A stretch of DNA of 64,000 nucleotides from a virus (IMGVR_UViG_3300022407_004352:15601-79600), one strand, 5' to 3'; shown: positions 35,529 through 46,478, counted from the first letter of the stretch. The notes: generated by a model from the sequence alone, not told the origin. Program-made: numbers and translations.

Positions 35529-36632
35529 ATGGACAAACATCAATACACAAAATCGCTTTACAAATCCCAAGTACAGGAAGTTGTTCAAGCGTGCCAGGCA
35601 CTCCGTAGAGACCCTGCGCAACCCGTGGACATTTCATTAGCAGAATTTGTTCAGGCTAAATGGGGCATCTCGATGGAGACGTTCTATAATGACCTGGGCA
35701 TTAATGCCAATATGGATGTCATTCAAAACATCTTCACCATGCCGGACACTTCGGTAAGATGGTTAGTACCTGAAATCATGAGAGATGCTCTCCGCTTGGG
35801 TTTACGTAAAAACCCAATCTGGGCAGATGTGATTGCTGCTGAGCAAGCATTATCTCAAACTCAGGCTACTTTACCACACCTGAATATGTCGGAAACTACT
35901 CCTCATTATGTGGGAGAGGGTGAGACTATCAAAACCGGTACAATCTCTTATGGTTCAAAGACCATTAAGATTCGTAAGATGGGCCGGGGTATTAAAATAC
36001 CCTATGAGGTTCAACAATATGTAAGCATCGGAGTAGTTGCCCTTTATCTACAAGATTTCGGGGTTAAACTTAACCATGCTATTGATGCCCTCATGATCGA
36101 CATCCTGATCAATGGCGAGCAATTGGATGGTAGTGAATCTGCTCCTATCGTTGGAGTTGCAACAGCTTCCACCTTTGTATACAAAGACCTATTGAAGGTA
36201 TGGATTCGCATGGCTCGTATCGGTAGAACTCCTTGGGGTATTATCGGTGGTGAGACAGCTGCCATTGACACTCTGGATTTGGCCGAATTCAAAACTCGTG
36301 CATCCGGTGATACTGAGAAACAATTAAACTTGAAGACTCCAGTACCACAAACTTCTGCCTACTACATCCACGGATCAGTACCTGCTAACCAGCAGATCGT
36401 AATTGACAGAAGCTCATCCATTATCAAATTCAATGCTCAACCACTTCTAGTGGAAGATGAGAAGATCGTATCTAACCAGACAATGGCTACTTATGCATCA
36501 TTGACTACAGGATTCGCTATCCTATACAGAGATGGCCGAGTGATTATCGACAAGAGCTTACTATTCTCTGGCAACGGATTCCCTACTTACATGGATGTCG
36601 ATCCATTGGAACAAGTGACTATTCAAGATTAA
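35529..36632 (+). CDS. Major capsid protein (HK97 fold)
   Basis: 367 aa; VGEGETI, K.GRGIKIPYE, position in the head module. Confidence 0.9.
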   Translation: MDKHQYTKSLYKSQVQEVVQACQALRRDPAQPVDISLAEFVQAKWGISMETFYNDLGINANMDVIQNIFTMPDTSVRWLVPEIMRDALRLGLRKNPIWADVIAAEQALSQTQATLPHLNMSETTPHYVGEGETIKTGTISYGSKTIKIRKMGRGIKIPYEVQQYVSIGVVALYLQDFGVKLNHAIDALMIDILINGEQLDGSESAPIVGVATASTFVYKDLLKVWIRMARIGRTPWGIIGGETAAIDTLDLAEFKTRASGDTEKQLNLKTPVPQTSAYYIHGSVPANQQIVIDRSSSIIKFNAQPLLVEDEKIVSNQTMATYASLTTGFAILYRDGRVIIDKSLLFSGNGFPTYMDVDPLEQVTIQD

Positions 36633-36647
36633 TTAAACAACTAATCT

Positions 36648-36971
36648 ATGAGATATTTCATTTTAGGGAAAGAGGCCTCTATCTTCTTTGATCCGGTGGT
36701 TAACTTCAAAGTAACCACAAAGGACGAAACAGCTCCGGAAGGATATGAAGGAGTACCAACTAAGAAAATGGATGTTGCTGTAAAGCACGGCCACTTGGTT
36801 GAAGTAGATGGTCCCGAAGAAACCGGCAAGGCGGGTACAGTAAATCTCAAAAAACTCAATGATGCTGCTCTAGTAGCTTACTACAAAGAGAACTTTGATG
36901 TATCGGATGAGGACGAGAAAACCTTTAAAGCCCTAAGTAAGGCAGAGAAGATTAAATTCCTTGAAGAGTAA
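36648..36971 (+). CDS. Small head-associated protein
   Basis: After MCP, before the terminator; C-terminal helical LEM/Rho-N-like segment. Confidence 0.6.
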   Translation: MRYFILGKEASIFFDPVVNFKVTTKDETAPEGYEGVPTKKMDVAVKHGHLVEVDGPEETGKAGTVNLKKLNDAALVAYYKENFDVSDEDEKTFKALSKAEKIKFLEE

Positions 36972-36995
36972 CCGGCTCCTCTAGGTAAAAGAAGG

Positions 36996-37033
36996 AAAGG
37001 GGAAGACTACTAAAACAGTTTTCCCCTTTTTTG
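36996..37033 (+). terminator. Intrinsic terminator after the capsid genes
   Basis: AAAGGGGAA../..TTCCCCTTT + T-run. Confidence 0.8.
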
Positions 37034-37056
37034 TTAAACCATTAAACACTACATTT

Positions 37057-37608
37057 ATGAACATGACAAATATTTTAGGTAAACTTATGGGGTCGGGCTT
37101 AAATTCTCAAATCGGAGTTAAGGGCAAGATTGCCATCGTTTTGGAGAACCGAGAAGCTAGGACAAGACGGGTAATTGAAGCCCGTAATATCGTAACCGAT
37201 GCTGGGGATAAACACTATGCCCAAAGAGCTGCGGGAGAAACCCCCACGGATGCTTTTCAAACGGGACGGTTAGTTCTAAGTACCACTGGTAATGCTCCGG
37301 GTAAAGCATCCATTTACTCCGATCTTACTGGAGTAGTATCGGGATCATTGAAAGCTTTTGATGGTACTTATCCAAAAACTGCGGACGGAGATACCGATAA
37401 CACGGGAGCAGCGATCGACTCAATCACCTACAGAACTAGCTATATTACCTCGGAAGCAAATGCTGCAGGTATTACTCGGTTGGCTATTACTATTGCTTCA
37501 CCTGTGGGTGGAAGTCCATTGCTAATGTATGCCACAGTAACCTCGTTCACAAAGACCTCTTCTGATACTCTTAAGGTTTTTGTAAACCATAACTTTAACG
37601 GAATTTAA
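37057..37608 (+). CDS. Virion structural protein (fibre-attachment-like)
   Basis: ARNIVTDAG...TSSDTLKVF pattern seen at phage fibre/baseplate N-termini. Confidence 0.5.
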   Translation: MNMTNILGKLMGSGLNSQIGVKGKIAIVLENREARTRRVIEARNIVTDAGDKHYAQRAAGETPTDAFQTGRLVLSTTGNAPGKASIYSDLTGVVSGSLKAFDGTYPKTADGDTDNTGAAIDSITYRTSYITSEANAAGITRLAITIASPVGGSPLLMYATVTSFTKTSSDTLKVFVNHNFNGI

Positions 37609-37620
37609 TCCGTAATTGGT

Positions 37621-37797
37621 ATGGCGAAGAAAGATGACTTAGTGTCTAATCAGATGATTAATGCCATAAAGGCGTTAATTGAAAGCAAAACAACTGAATT
37701 AGCGGTTCATACCCGTATCACTATTGGCTCCCAACAGTACAAAATTAGTGTCTATGATGAGCGTGAATATACCTACATCAGAGTACTGACTAAATAA
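37621..37797 (+). CDS. 58-aa hypothetical protein (not in ORF track)
   Basis: MAKKDDLVSNQMINAIKALIESKTTELAVHTRITIGSQQYKISVYDEREYTYIRVLTK fills the gap. Confidence 0.6.
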   Translation: MAKKDDLVSNQMINAIKALIESKTTELAVHTRITIGSQQYKISVYDEREYTYIRVLTK

Positions 37798-37803
37798 CTA
37801 CAA

Positions 37804-39693
37804 ATGGCAACTAAAACAAAGACCGTTGAATTCTGGTTTCCTCAGTTAAACACAGCTGCGGATGCCGTTGATACGAATTTTACACAGATAACGGTATATT
37901 TGCCAGAAAGCTCAAAAGTTTTCAGGTCTGTTATTCTCCATGTAGCTTATCAGGATATTAACACAACCCTGAGTGGTACTAATAACAGAAGACAGGTATC
38001 ACTTAGATTGGCTGCTGTGGCGTACTCCGTAGTTAATAACACCAACGTATATACTCTATCGGGAGAACAATTTGCATCTGAAGCAAGTGGTAACTTCACG
38101 AGCTACTTTACTACTAACTGGACAGGCACTTCAATGACCTGTGATGCTAGGTTCCTCTATGATATGAGCACTGCTACCCCCCTTGGTGCTAATAACCTTT
38201 CAGCATGCCTCACCATCACATATGATTACGATGATACAAGTGCCACTCAGATAAAGACAGTCCGTATTCCACTAAATGCTCCAGTAGCGGCATTAGGTAC
38301 AATTAAGCCAGGAGCCACCGCTTCAATACCCAACCTATCTACCTACCTTCCTGAAGCCTCAAAAACAATTAAGCAAACAGCATTTGTTGTTCAGGGAAAT
38401 GAGTCACAGGGTGGGGCTACTGTTGATATGACCTTAACTTGGCAGGTAGATACAGATGCCGTATATACTTCACAGATATTTGAAGCGGGGGGAGCTTCGG
38501 ACCGATGGTTTAGATTAGCAACGGTAGGATCATTCACAACAAATGCCTCACACTCCTGGTTTATCTGGGCCAGTGTTGCAAAGTTTTATCACCTACAGGC
38601 CTGGCTCGTTGTAACGTATGAGTATAATGAAGCGTCCACAACTAGTGTCTTTAACTCATTGATACTTCCAATGGAGATTAACTCACCCATGGGAGGAGCC
38701 ATAGCGGCTGATTACCAGAGGGGAACTCGTGATTTTTTCATAGAAGAACCCGCTACGATTACGGGTCTAGAGATAGCGTTCTATGTGTTTTGGGACCAGG
38801 CTGCGGCCATTTCAACTCTTCAGTTCCGAATAGGCACTGGGTCCTTTGTCACATATACGGACCTGGCTTCCGTTTTATGTGGTGGTAATGGAGCGATGAT
38901 TCGTAATGATGCAGCCTTCTCATTGGTTCGTGGAAGAAACACTCTGAACGCGGATTGCTGGAGGTCAGATACTGTAAACTTGGGATTTAATTTATCGGGA
39001 TTTTGGATAGTGAATTATACCTCAGCGAAAGCAACGGGGGGTACGGGTGCTCATAACCACTCCATTATTTGGAATCTTTCTCCTTATGGAACAAATGCGG
39101 CAGTCAATCTTAATACTATTGCAGCGACTAACCCCACTATTGCAGAAACTAGTTATTACCTAACCGCTATTGGCACTGCTCTTAAGTATATTTCAAATAC
39201 CAATAGTAGTGCAGCAGGTGTGACAGTTCTTGTAGAAAGACTTGCTGCAGAAGGGGGACTTATATGGGAAGCCGCCTATGTTGACATTGGACACACAGAC
39301 CCTGAGTCAGGGATTCGTCATTGTTTTTCACAAGTTAAGGACTTGTTTAAAAGATGGCCATCCGATGTCGGTGCAGATCGTATGGATTTAGAAACAGCCC
39401 GCAGATGGAGAACAGCATATGGAAACGGAATTGTGGCATTTGATCACCTTGATTTGATATACACTATCCATTCGATTACTAAAACTATATCGGGAACTGT
39501 TAGTGGCTCAGGAGGTGGAACCGTAACCCTAAGTCTTCATAGAGTCACCACTGGTGAGAAGGTCTTAGAAACATCTAGGGTGGGTAATGGCTCTTACTCC
39601 TTTACCTGGTATGATGACACCGAGCAAATGTATGTAGAAGCCCGTGAGGGGGCTACTTTTTTAGGAAGATCGGATAACGGACTAGCTACCTAA
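37804..39693 (+). CDS. Large beta-rich structural/adhesin-like protein
   Basis: 629 aa, Thr/Ser/aromatic-rich; C-terminal transthyretin-like ISGTV...GSYSFTW domain. Confidence 0.55.
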   Translation: MATKTKTVEFWFPQLNTAADAVDTNFTQITVYLPESSKVFRSVILHVAYQDINTTLSGTNNRRQVSLRLAAVAYSVVNNTNVYTLSGEQFASEASGNFTSYFTTNWTGTSMTCDARFLYDMSTATPLGANNLSACLTITYDYDDTSATQIKTVRIPLNAPVAALGTIKPGATASIPNLSTYLPEASKTIKQTAFVVQGNESQGGATVDMTLTWQVDTDAVYTSQIFEAGGASDRWFRLATVGSFTTNASHSWFIWASVAKFYHLQAWLVVTYEYNEASTTSVFNSLILPMEINSPMGGAIAADYQRGTRDFFIEEPATITGLEIAFYVFWDQAAAISTLQFRIGTGSFVTYTDLASVLCGGNGAMIRNDAAFSLVRGRNTLNADCWRSDTVNLGFNLSGFWIVNYTSAKATGGTGAHNHSIIWNLSPYGTNAAVNLNTIAATNPTIAETSYYLTAIGTALKYISNTNSSAAGVTVLVERLAAEGGLIWEAAYVDIGHTDPESGIRHCFSQVKDLFKRWPSDVGADRMDLETARRWRTAYGNGIVAFDHLDLIYTIHSITKTISGTVSGSGGGTVTLSLHRVTTGEKVLETSRVGNGSYSFTWYDDTEQMYVEAREGATFLGRSDNGLAT

Positions 39694-39697
39694 CTAT

Positions 39698-40990
39698 ATG
39701 GCATTCGCCGACATAGCGCTTAGGGATAATGGGGCTACCGCATTTGATATACAGCTATCTACTGCGGCTAGTGCTTTATTAGTTGTTCACACGGAGACCC
39801 AACAGATAGTTGAATCCGCCCAGTTTAATATCTCATTTGTAGATGTTGTAACGGAGACGGAAACTACTGTAGAGACCCTGCTGAATCTTCTAGCTTTAAC
39901 TCGTATTACCGGGGAAACTGAGAATCTATCGGAACTTATAAACTACCTAAAGAGCTTTAACTCGTTAACTGATGAGGGTGAGCAGGTTTCCGAACAGATT
40001 GCTACTTTACTGGGCAAATTACAAACTATCAATGAGGTAAACCAGATTGCAGAAAATATTGTATCTCTTCTTCAGTTGCTTAGAGCTATACCAGAAACAG
40101 AGAACATTTCAGAAGCTCTGGTTACTGCTCTAGCTTTAAACCGGATAACATTAGAAACTGAACAACTATCAGAGATAACCCGGGTTTTACTAATACTAAC
40201 TCGGGTTACTTCTGAAACAGAGGAGTTATCAGAATTAAATCAGATAACTTTAAATCTGCTAAGGAACGCCGATGAGCTTGAGCCCATTTCCGAAGCTATT
40301 CAGTTATTATTATCCTTGGTTAGATTAAATTCTGAAACGGAGCAAATTCAGGAATCCTTAATAACAAAATTAACTGTATTCGGTGCACTTCTTCTAGTAT
40401 CTAGTGAAACGGAATCCATCAGTGAACAAATCCTTCAAAACTGGGGATATGGAAAGACTAGAACGGAAGATATTGACCTGGTCGAGGTAATCATAAATGC
40501 TATCGGTCATAGAAGAACTATTGATGAAGCGGCCCAAATACTTGAGCAGACCATACTACGAATTATTAAACTGTTGGTAGATTCTGAACAACTAACGCTA
40601 TCGGAGGCTATAAGCTTTATAAATGGCCGAATAAAAAGTACTAATGAGGTATTAACTCTATCAGAGTCATTAATCTTAAACCTAGCATACCTAAAACATC
40701 TAGTAGAAGATGAGAGGATACTTGAGGTAGTTTTAGTAGCTCTAGGAAAATCAACAGACCTAACAGAGGATGAGAATATAATTGAAAGTGTTCTAGCTGT
40801 AATTGGAGCTTCCTTCTTTATCAACTACACATACCAAGTAGATTTAATTGAGGGAGTTATTTTATACTTAGGAAAGATGAAAAAGCCCCGGTATATTACT
40901 GGAACTATAGGAAATAGCCGAGATATTAAAGCACAGCAATCAAACTCTCGGTCAGCATCGGATGGAGGTTCAAACATTAATGCCAAATAA
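39698..40990 (+). CDS. Fibre-like protein with about 17 x 20-aa repeats
   Basis: Periodic E-T-E-x-[ILV]-S-E motif. Confidence 0.65.
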   Translation: MAFADIALRDNGATAFDIQLSTAASALLVVHTETQQIVESAQFNISFVDVVTETETTVETLLNLLALTRITGETENLSELINYLKSFNSLTDEGEQVSEQIATLLGKLQTINEVNQIAENIVSLLQLLRAIPETENISEALVTALALNRITLETEQLSEITRVLLILTRVTSETEELSELNQITLNLLRNADELEPISEAIQLLLSLVRLNSETEQIQESLITKLTVFGALLLVSSETESISEQILQNWGYGKTRTEDIDLVEVIINAIGHRRTIDEAAQILEQTILRIIKLLVDSEQLTLSEAISFINGRIKSTNEVLTLSESLILNLAYLKHLVEDERILEVVLVALGKSTDLTEDENIIESVLAVIGASFFINYTYQVDLIEGVILYLGKMKKPRYITGTIGNSRDIKAQQSNSRSASDGGSNINAK

Positions 40991-41854
40991 ATGGGTATTC
41001 AGACGAGAAAAGTAGACTTAAATATAGTAAAGGGAGATCGTGATACTCTATCATGGACTTTAACTGAAACTATTGATGGTGTAACTTCACCCTATCCTAC
41101 CGTGGGTAAAGTTTATTCATTGGAAGTATTCAACCGGGATGCTACCCCGGTTTTGTTATTTCCAAAGATAACCCCGGCAACGGATCAGGGGTTAGGGTAT
41201 GTATCATTTGAACTCCAATCACCCCAAACTGCTTTTTCCGGGGTATATGATTATTTCTTATGGGAAGAGGTTGGAGTAACTGAGGTATTAACAATAGCCT
41301 ATGGAAGCATTACCTTTTTGGATTTATCCAAATATGTACCTTTCAGAGATTTTGTAACAGCTGAAACTCCGGGTGGCTTAGTAATTCCCGAATTGTACAT
41401 TAATGCTAAATCCCTAGAGTACCGATCCATATTTAAACTTCATACAAATAGTGCCCTGGAGTTGGCTAATGCCAATGATGAGACTACCTGGCCACTACTC
41501 TACAATATGCTTATCGCTAAACTAGTGGTACATGACTTCTTATTACGAGGTTTAAAAGCTTCTTTGGTTCAAGGGGCAGATGGTGAGGAAGGTAATACTG
41601 CAAATGTCAAGTCGATTGAGACAGGGCCCAGCAAGGTGGAGTTCCAAGATAGCCTTAGGGGTTTATCCACTTTTATGAAAACCACTGCCGGTGAAAACGC
41701 GATGGATGCTTTGAGAACTGATATTTGTGGATTAGCTTCGGGTTTAAAAATACATTTAGGCATATGCAAAGCAAGAAATAATCCGGTAGTATCTTTAAAA
41801 GGAGAATTACCGACTGATCCGGATGCTATAGAGATATTAAATAAATATTACTAA
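40991..41854 (+). CDS. Head-tail adaptor (neck) with N-terminal Ig/BppU-like domain
   Basis: Position; KSIETGPSKVEF motif. Confidence 0.6.
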   Translation: MGIQTRKVDLNIVKGDRDTLSWTLTETIDGVTSPYPTVGKVYSLEVFNRDATPVLLFPKITPATDQGLGYVSFELQSPQTAFSGVYDYFLWEEVGVTEVLTIAYGSITFLDLSKYVPFRDFVTAETPGGLVIPELYINAKSLEYRSIFKLHTNSALELANANDETTWPLLYNMLIAKLVVHDFLLRGLKASLVQGADGEEGNTANVKSIETGPSKVEFQDSLRGLSTFMKTTAGENAMDALRTDICGLASGLKIHLGICKARNNPVVSLKGELPTDPDAIEILNKYY

Positions 41855-42324
41855 TGACCTTAATAGGGAACTCCATTTGGAATCGGTATAAAAAAATTAT
41901 CGACGATGTGCATGAGGACTTTAACCAGGATATAATTACCTGGAAAAGGAATCTACCTACTACTGTCAATTTTTTTAACGAACAAGAGAATCAGGAGTAC
42001 ACTAGTATTGACTTGAGAGTATTAGTGGGCTATAACTACTTCCGAACTTGGCCTATCACTAGGCATAATGAACAGGGGGAATCTGACAACCAGAACATGA
42101 TCATTATGATCAACCGTTCATACCTATCAAGGTTAGGCTACCTCACGGAAAAAGGTTATTTTGATTTTAAACCCGACAAAGATTACTTCTTTCATCGAGG
42201 TATAAAGTATAAATCAGAGGGGGACACTTTACTAAGTCAAGCAAAGGACACTCCATTATTCATACAGTTGGTATTACGTAGAGAAGAATTACTATCAGGT
42301 GAAGATCAATTTAAACAGGTATGA
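41854..42324 (+). CDS. Head closure/stopper protein
   Basis: Position and beta-barrel pattern. Confidence 0.55.
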   Translation: MTLIGNSIWNRYKKIIDDVHEDFNQDIITWKRNLPTTVNFFNEQENQEYTSIDLRVLVGYNYFRTWPITRHNEQGESDNQNMIIMINRSYLSRLGYLTEKGYFDFKPDKDYFFHRGIKYKSEGDTLLSQAKDTPLFIQLVLRREELLSGEDQFKQV

Positions 42325-42800
42325 TTGAGTTTAAGATGGAAGGTAATTGGTCAGTACCCGGGGATGCTCTGCGGAATTTACCAAAAACCCTAAAGAGTGC
42401 TGGAAGGGAGGCTCAAAAAAAGACTGCTGAGAAGATTGTAAAGATTGCCAAAAGACACATTGATAAACAGGACTTAGGTTGGAAGCCTCGATCCGAAAGA
42501 ACCAACTCAGCGGATAGTAGAGTTCTAGTAGATACGGAAGCATACTACAGATCAATTAAGGCCTGGAAACAAGGGGATTCTTATCTAGCGGGAGTTCCAT
42601 TAGGAGCTACTAACTCAAAAGGAGTTCCCATTATTATTTATGCCTTAGCTCATGAGTATGGATACAAGGTACCAAGACGACCCTTATGGGGACCTACCTA
42701 TAAGGAGATTGGGGGTAGAAAAGGAGTGAAGGATATAATAAAATTAGCCGTAGCTAAAAAACTATTATCATTGAAACGAAAAGGTTTTAAAATAACATGA
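42321..42800 (+). CDS. Neck/tail-completion protein (virion morphogenesis family)
   Basis: LVDT..Y.RSI, YA..HEYG...PRRPLWGP. Confidence 0.75.
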   Translation: MIEFKMEGNWSVPGDALRNLPKTLKSAGREAQKKTAEKIVKIAKRHIDKQDLGWKPRSERTNSADSRVLVDTEAYYRSIKAWKQGDSYLAGVPLGATNSKGVPIIIYALAHEYGYKVPRRPLWGPTYKEIGGRKGVKDIIKLAVAKKLLSLKRKGFKIT

Positions 42801-43519
42801 GACCCTTAAGTAATATACAGGAAAGAGTTGAAAGAAGTCTAGAGTATGCTCTATATATGGCCCTTGTGACCAATGGGTATACTCCGGATCGTCAGTTGTA
42901 TGCCAATGATCCTGTGGGGTATGACACTGCAGTAAAAGCTGTAAAAACCGATAAGGGTTTTCATATAGAACTTTTTGGACATGGGGTATCACATGACCGG
43001 GATGTTAAAAAATTACCCCGTATAGTTATTAATGGGAGAGGTTTCTACCCGGGTGATACGGGAAATGAATTTGCCCCTACTTACAAAGCTCAGGCTGGTT
43101 ACTATGTAAAGCAGAGAGAAGGTTTCATGTATTCCAACTATCGCTTTGAGATAACTATCCTATCTAATTCTACTTCACAGGATCGAATATTAGAAGCTGT
43201 AAGACAAGCTGTAATGCCTAACTTGGGGTATATTACTATGTATGATAACCCTAAAGAATGTTTCTTGGTGGAGTATGGATTCATGAGACAAAACCCCGAT
43301 CTAATACAGGGGATGATTGAGAAAACCTATACTTACGAAGCCAAGGATATTAAAGAACAGGAGCCCGCTGAACTGGATGGAATTGGACCAATTGCTAAGC
43401 TCAAGGAAATTACTATCCGTGAGGGTAATGAGGCCGATTTAATTAAGAAGAATAGCCTAGTACTAGGGGTAACGGAAAGCAGTTCTATATCGGACATTGA
43501 AAATACAATACTAAATTAG
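42797..43519 (+). CDS. Tail terminator/completion protein
   Basis: Directly before the sheath gene. Confidence 0.55.
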   Translation: MRPLSNIQERVERSLEYALYMALVTNGYTPDRQLYANDPVGYDTAVKAVKTDKGFHIELFGHGVSHDRDVKKLPRIVINGRGFYPGDTGNEFAPTYKAQAGYYVKQREGFMYSNYRFEITILSNSTSQDRILEAVRQAVMPNLGYITMYDNPKECFLVEYGFMRQNPDLIQGMIEKTYTYEAKDIKEQEPAELDGIGPIAKLKEITIREGNEADLIKKNSLVLGVTESSSISDIENTILN

Positions 43520-43546
43520 TTTTTTATTAATTAAAATCTGAATATC

Positions 43547-45118
43547 ATGCCCAACGCAGCACAGTTTCAATTTCAGGAAATCGACCAATCCTTTTTCGTT
43601 GCCTCTAAGATTAGGGGCTTAGCTGCAGTAGCAGTAAGAACGAAGAGGGGCCCTTATGGAGTAACCGATGAGGTTATGACTTCCTGGCCACAGTTCAAAA
43701 AAATATATGGTGGGGAAATATCCACTTATGATGATCCCACACTAGTAAAACGGGCTTTAGCTCGGGGAGCTATTTTGAGGATCAATAAGATTGGACACTA
43801 TACAACCATCGGTAACCCGGCAACTTTGGATGCTGTTAAAGCAGCACTGGATGCAACGGGGCCCAATGATTTTGGTTATGATGCTGCAGTACCTTGTTTC
43901 AATCTAGTAATTAAAAATGCTGGAGCGGATTATAACAAAGTTACTTGCGCTATTGCTAATGCATCCAACGGGGATACCAACTCATTCAATGTAACGGTTA
44001 CTCATTCGGAAGATACCGAGCTCAATGAACTCTATGAGAACCTAAAGATCGTGGGAGCTCCCACAGTAGCGGATTCCAATTATGCAAAAGTAATTGCAGA
44101 AGGCTCTAATTTAGTTAATGTGGTTTACTCAGATTTATCAGGAGCAGGAGCAGGACCACACAGACCCGATAATGGAAGTTGGAATATGGTGGGGGGTACT
44201 GATGGAGGTACTATAGTAGATACCGACTGGATTGGTGACTCAGGAGCAAAGAATGGAGTTTATGCATTGGATCGTTTTGATGACTTTGAGGCTTTTGGAG
44301 CCCTGGGTAATGATGCTGCTGCTACTCTTACTGCTTATGGAAACTATGCTAAGAACCGAGAGGACTGCGTAGCTTTTCTGCACTTAGCAAATAGCAATAA
44401 CACAGTAGCTACTCTGCAATCCGCAAGAACTGCTACCAACTTGGATACTAGATTCTGTGCTTTCTTCAGTGGAGGTTTGAGAATCAACCACCCCATCACT
44501 CCGGGTACTACTAAAGATATTTCAGAACTGGGGGATGTGATAGGAGCTGCTATGAAATCCTCAGCTGAGTATGGGGAATGGTATTCCTTTGCCGGTGCAC
44601 AAAGGGGCTTTATTGATAATGCTCTAACTGTAGTAAATAACTTTACTGCCATAGCTGATCAGAATCTTTTAGCTCAACGGGGCATTAACTCAGTGGTTGC
44701 GAAGAATGGGCAAATTATTATTAAGGGTAACTTTACTGGTCAATTAGCTTCCTCTCGTAAATCTTACTTAAATGTAGTGAAGTTACTTATCTTCATCCGG
44801 AAGAGCTTATCACCTACATTTGATAAGTATTTGGAACAACCTAACGACTTTAGAACTTTCAGAGAAATCTACAATGAGGTAGACCCATTCTTGTTAAGCT
44901 TGGTGGGTAATGACAAGAGAGCTCTAGTGGACTATGCCTGGAAAGGGGATCAGTTTGCTACTAAGGACGCAGACTTGGAAATCAATAACAGAGCGGATTT
45001 GGATCAGGGTAAATATACAGCGGAGCTTCACATGAAGGAGGTGGTATCTTTGCAAACCTTGATCGTAAAAATAATCTCTTCACCTTCGGGAACTTCTTTT
45101 GAAGATAACTTGAACTAA
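43547..45118 (+). CDS. Tail sheath protein
   Basis: RTKRGP, W.SFAGAQRG, GIN.V, YLNVVKL, EQPND, A..DY sheath motifs. Confidence 0.95.
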   Translation: MPNAAQFQFQEIDQSFFVASKIRGLAAVAVRTKRGPYGVTDEVMTSWPQFKKIYGGEISTYDDPTLVKRALARGAILRINKIGHYTTIGNPATLDAVKAALDATGPNDFGYDAAVPCFNLVIKNAGADYNKVTCAIANASNGDTNSFNVTVTHSEDTELNELYENLKIVGAPTVADSNYAKVIAEGSNLVNVVYSDLSGAGAGPHRPDNGSWNMVGGTDGGTIVDTDWIGDSGAKNGVYALDRFDDFEAFGALGNDAAATLTAYGNYAKNREDCVAFLHLANSNNTVATLQSARTATNLDTRFCAFFSGGLRINHPITPGTTKDISELGDVIGAAMKSSAEYGEWYSFAGAQRGFIDNALTVVNNFTAIADQNLLAQRGINSVVAKNGQIIIKGNFTGQLASSRKSYLNVVKLLIFIRKSLSPTFDKYLEQPNDFRTFREIYNEVDPFLLSLVGNDKRALVDYAWKGDQFATKDADLEINNRADLDQGKYTAELHMKEVVSLQTLIVKIISSPSGTSFEDNLN

Positions 45119-45145
45119 TTCATAAAACCCTTTTAAAGCGAAGAT

Positions 45146-45601
45146 ATGGCACAAATTTCAAACCCCCATAAAAAGTTTCAATTCTCGGTATTCATCTTTG
45201 GTATGAATCCTTTCCTAGCCCAAAAGGTTACGGTAGCGGATCGGGAGATTGAGGCAGTAGAACATGGTGAAGGTAACCACCTTATCAAAACTGCTGGAAT
45301 GGTAAAGATAGGAGACCTGAAAGTTGAGAAACTTTTGAACGGCTCATCACCGGATCGTTTATTTTGGGACTGGATTGCCCTGATTCAAAACGAAGTAACC
45401 GGGGGTGGAACCATACCGGAAGTTTACAAGAAGGCTGTTCAAATCCAACTTCTAGCAACCGATGGAGTAACCCCAATCAGAACTTGGAACTACATTGGTA
45501 TCTGGCCTAAGAAGATCAACGGGCTTGAGCTTGACCGGGTCTCTTCTGATAATACCATGGAGGTGGTTGAGTTCTCCATAGATCAAGAAATCTACGTATA
45601 G
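45146..45601 (+). CDS. Tail tube protein (T4 gp19-like)
   Basis: NPHKKFQF...GDLKVEK...FWDW...RTWNY.G.WP.K..G.ELD..SS....E. Confidence 0.92.
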   Translation: MAQISNPHKKFQFSVFIFGMNPFLAQKVTVADREIEAVEHGEGNHLIKTAGMVKIGDLKVEKLLNGSSPDRLFWDWIALIQNEVTGGGTIPEVYKKAVQIQLLATDGVTPIRTWNYIGIWPKKINGLELDRVSSDNTMEVVEFSIDQEIYV

Positions 45602-45632
45602 AACAAAAGCTTTAAACTGGGGGACTATTAAG

Positions 45633-45667
45633 AAGAGCTGAGGAAAATTCCTTGGCTCTTTTTGTTT
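45633..45667 (+). terminator. Intrinsic terminator after the tube gene
   Basis: AAGAGCTGAGG/CCTTGGCTCTT + T-run. Confidence 0.8.
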
Positions 45668-45686
45668 AACCCAAATTTAAACCATT

Positions 45687-46478
45687 ATGCAAAGTAAGTC
45701 AATCAATGAACTCGACATGTTTAAGTCGGGACCAACCGAAACCTTCATTACCCCATCCGGACAGGAGCTCACTATCCGTGAACGAAATGGCGATGATGAG
45801 GACATTCTTTCAAGAGTTCGGGATAACAAGGATGGCACAGCAGTAAATAAGTTTGTAGCAGCCATCAGTGTTAATCCAAAATTAACTGAGTTGGAAGTAA
45901 AGCAGCTTCCAGTAAGGGACAAGTACTATACAGTGCTTAAGTCAAGAATTCAAAGCCTGGGAAACATTCTAACATTTCCACATATCTTTGAGAAAGGAGA
46001 TAAGACCCCAGTATCCTTTGATGTTGATCTATCGGAATACCTTTGGGATTTTTCAAACCCCGAATTTCCTAAGCCTGGGGATGCGAATTATTTTCAATAC
46101 CGATGCAAACCATACCCTAAGGAAATCGCTACAAACCCGGAGTTTGAATTTGTCCTCTCTAGTGGAAAAATAGTGAAGATGAAATATCTTACTGGAGTGG
46201 GGGAATCTAAAGCACTAGGAAAGAACTATAATGATCTGACGATCAATGATCGCTTCCGTCTGCGGGATTTTAAACTGAAAGGAAATAGCGGAGAATGGAT
46301 ACCTATGGAAAACTTCAAGATATTCACAGCCCGAGAGCTAACGGAGATGAGGGTTAGAGTAGAGGAGTTTGATGCACCATTTGAAATGCTCCATGACCTA
46401 ACTAGTCCCGCCACGGGATTGACAGAAACAATTAGCCTAATACAGTTGGAAAGTTTTTTCTTCCCGATGACCCTTTAG
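45687..46478 (+). CDS. Tail assembly chaperone (gpG-like)
   Basis: Between the tube and tape measure genes; DEDIL motif; slippery site near the end. Confidence 0.8.
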   Translation: MQSKSINELDMFKSGPTETFITPSGQELTIRERNGDDEDILSRVRDNKDGTAVNKFVAAISVNPKLTELEVKQLPVRDKYYTVLKSRIQSLGNILTFPHIFEKGDKTPVSFDVDLSEYLWDFSNPEFPKPGDANYFQYRCKPYPKEIATNPEFEFVLSSGKIVKMKYLTGVGESKALGKNYNDLTINDRFRLRDFKLKGNSGEWIPMENFKIFTARELTEMRVRVEEFDAPFEMLHDLTSPATGLTETISLIQLESFFFPMTL

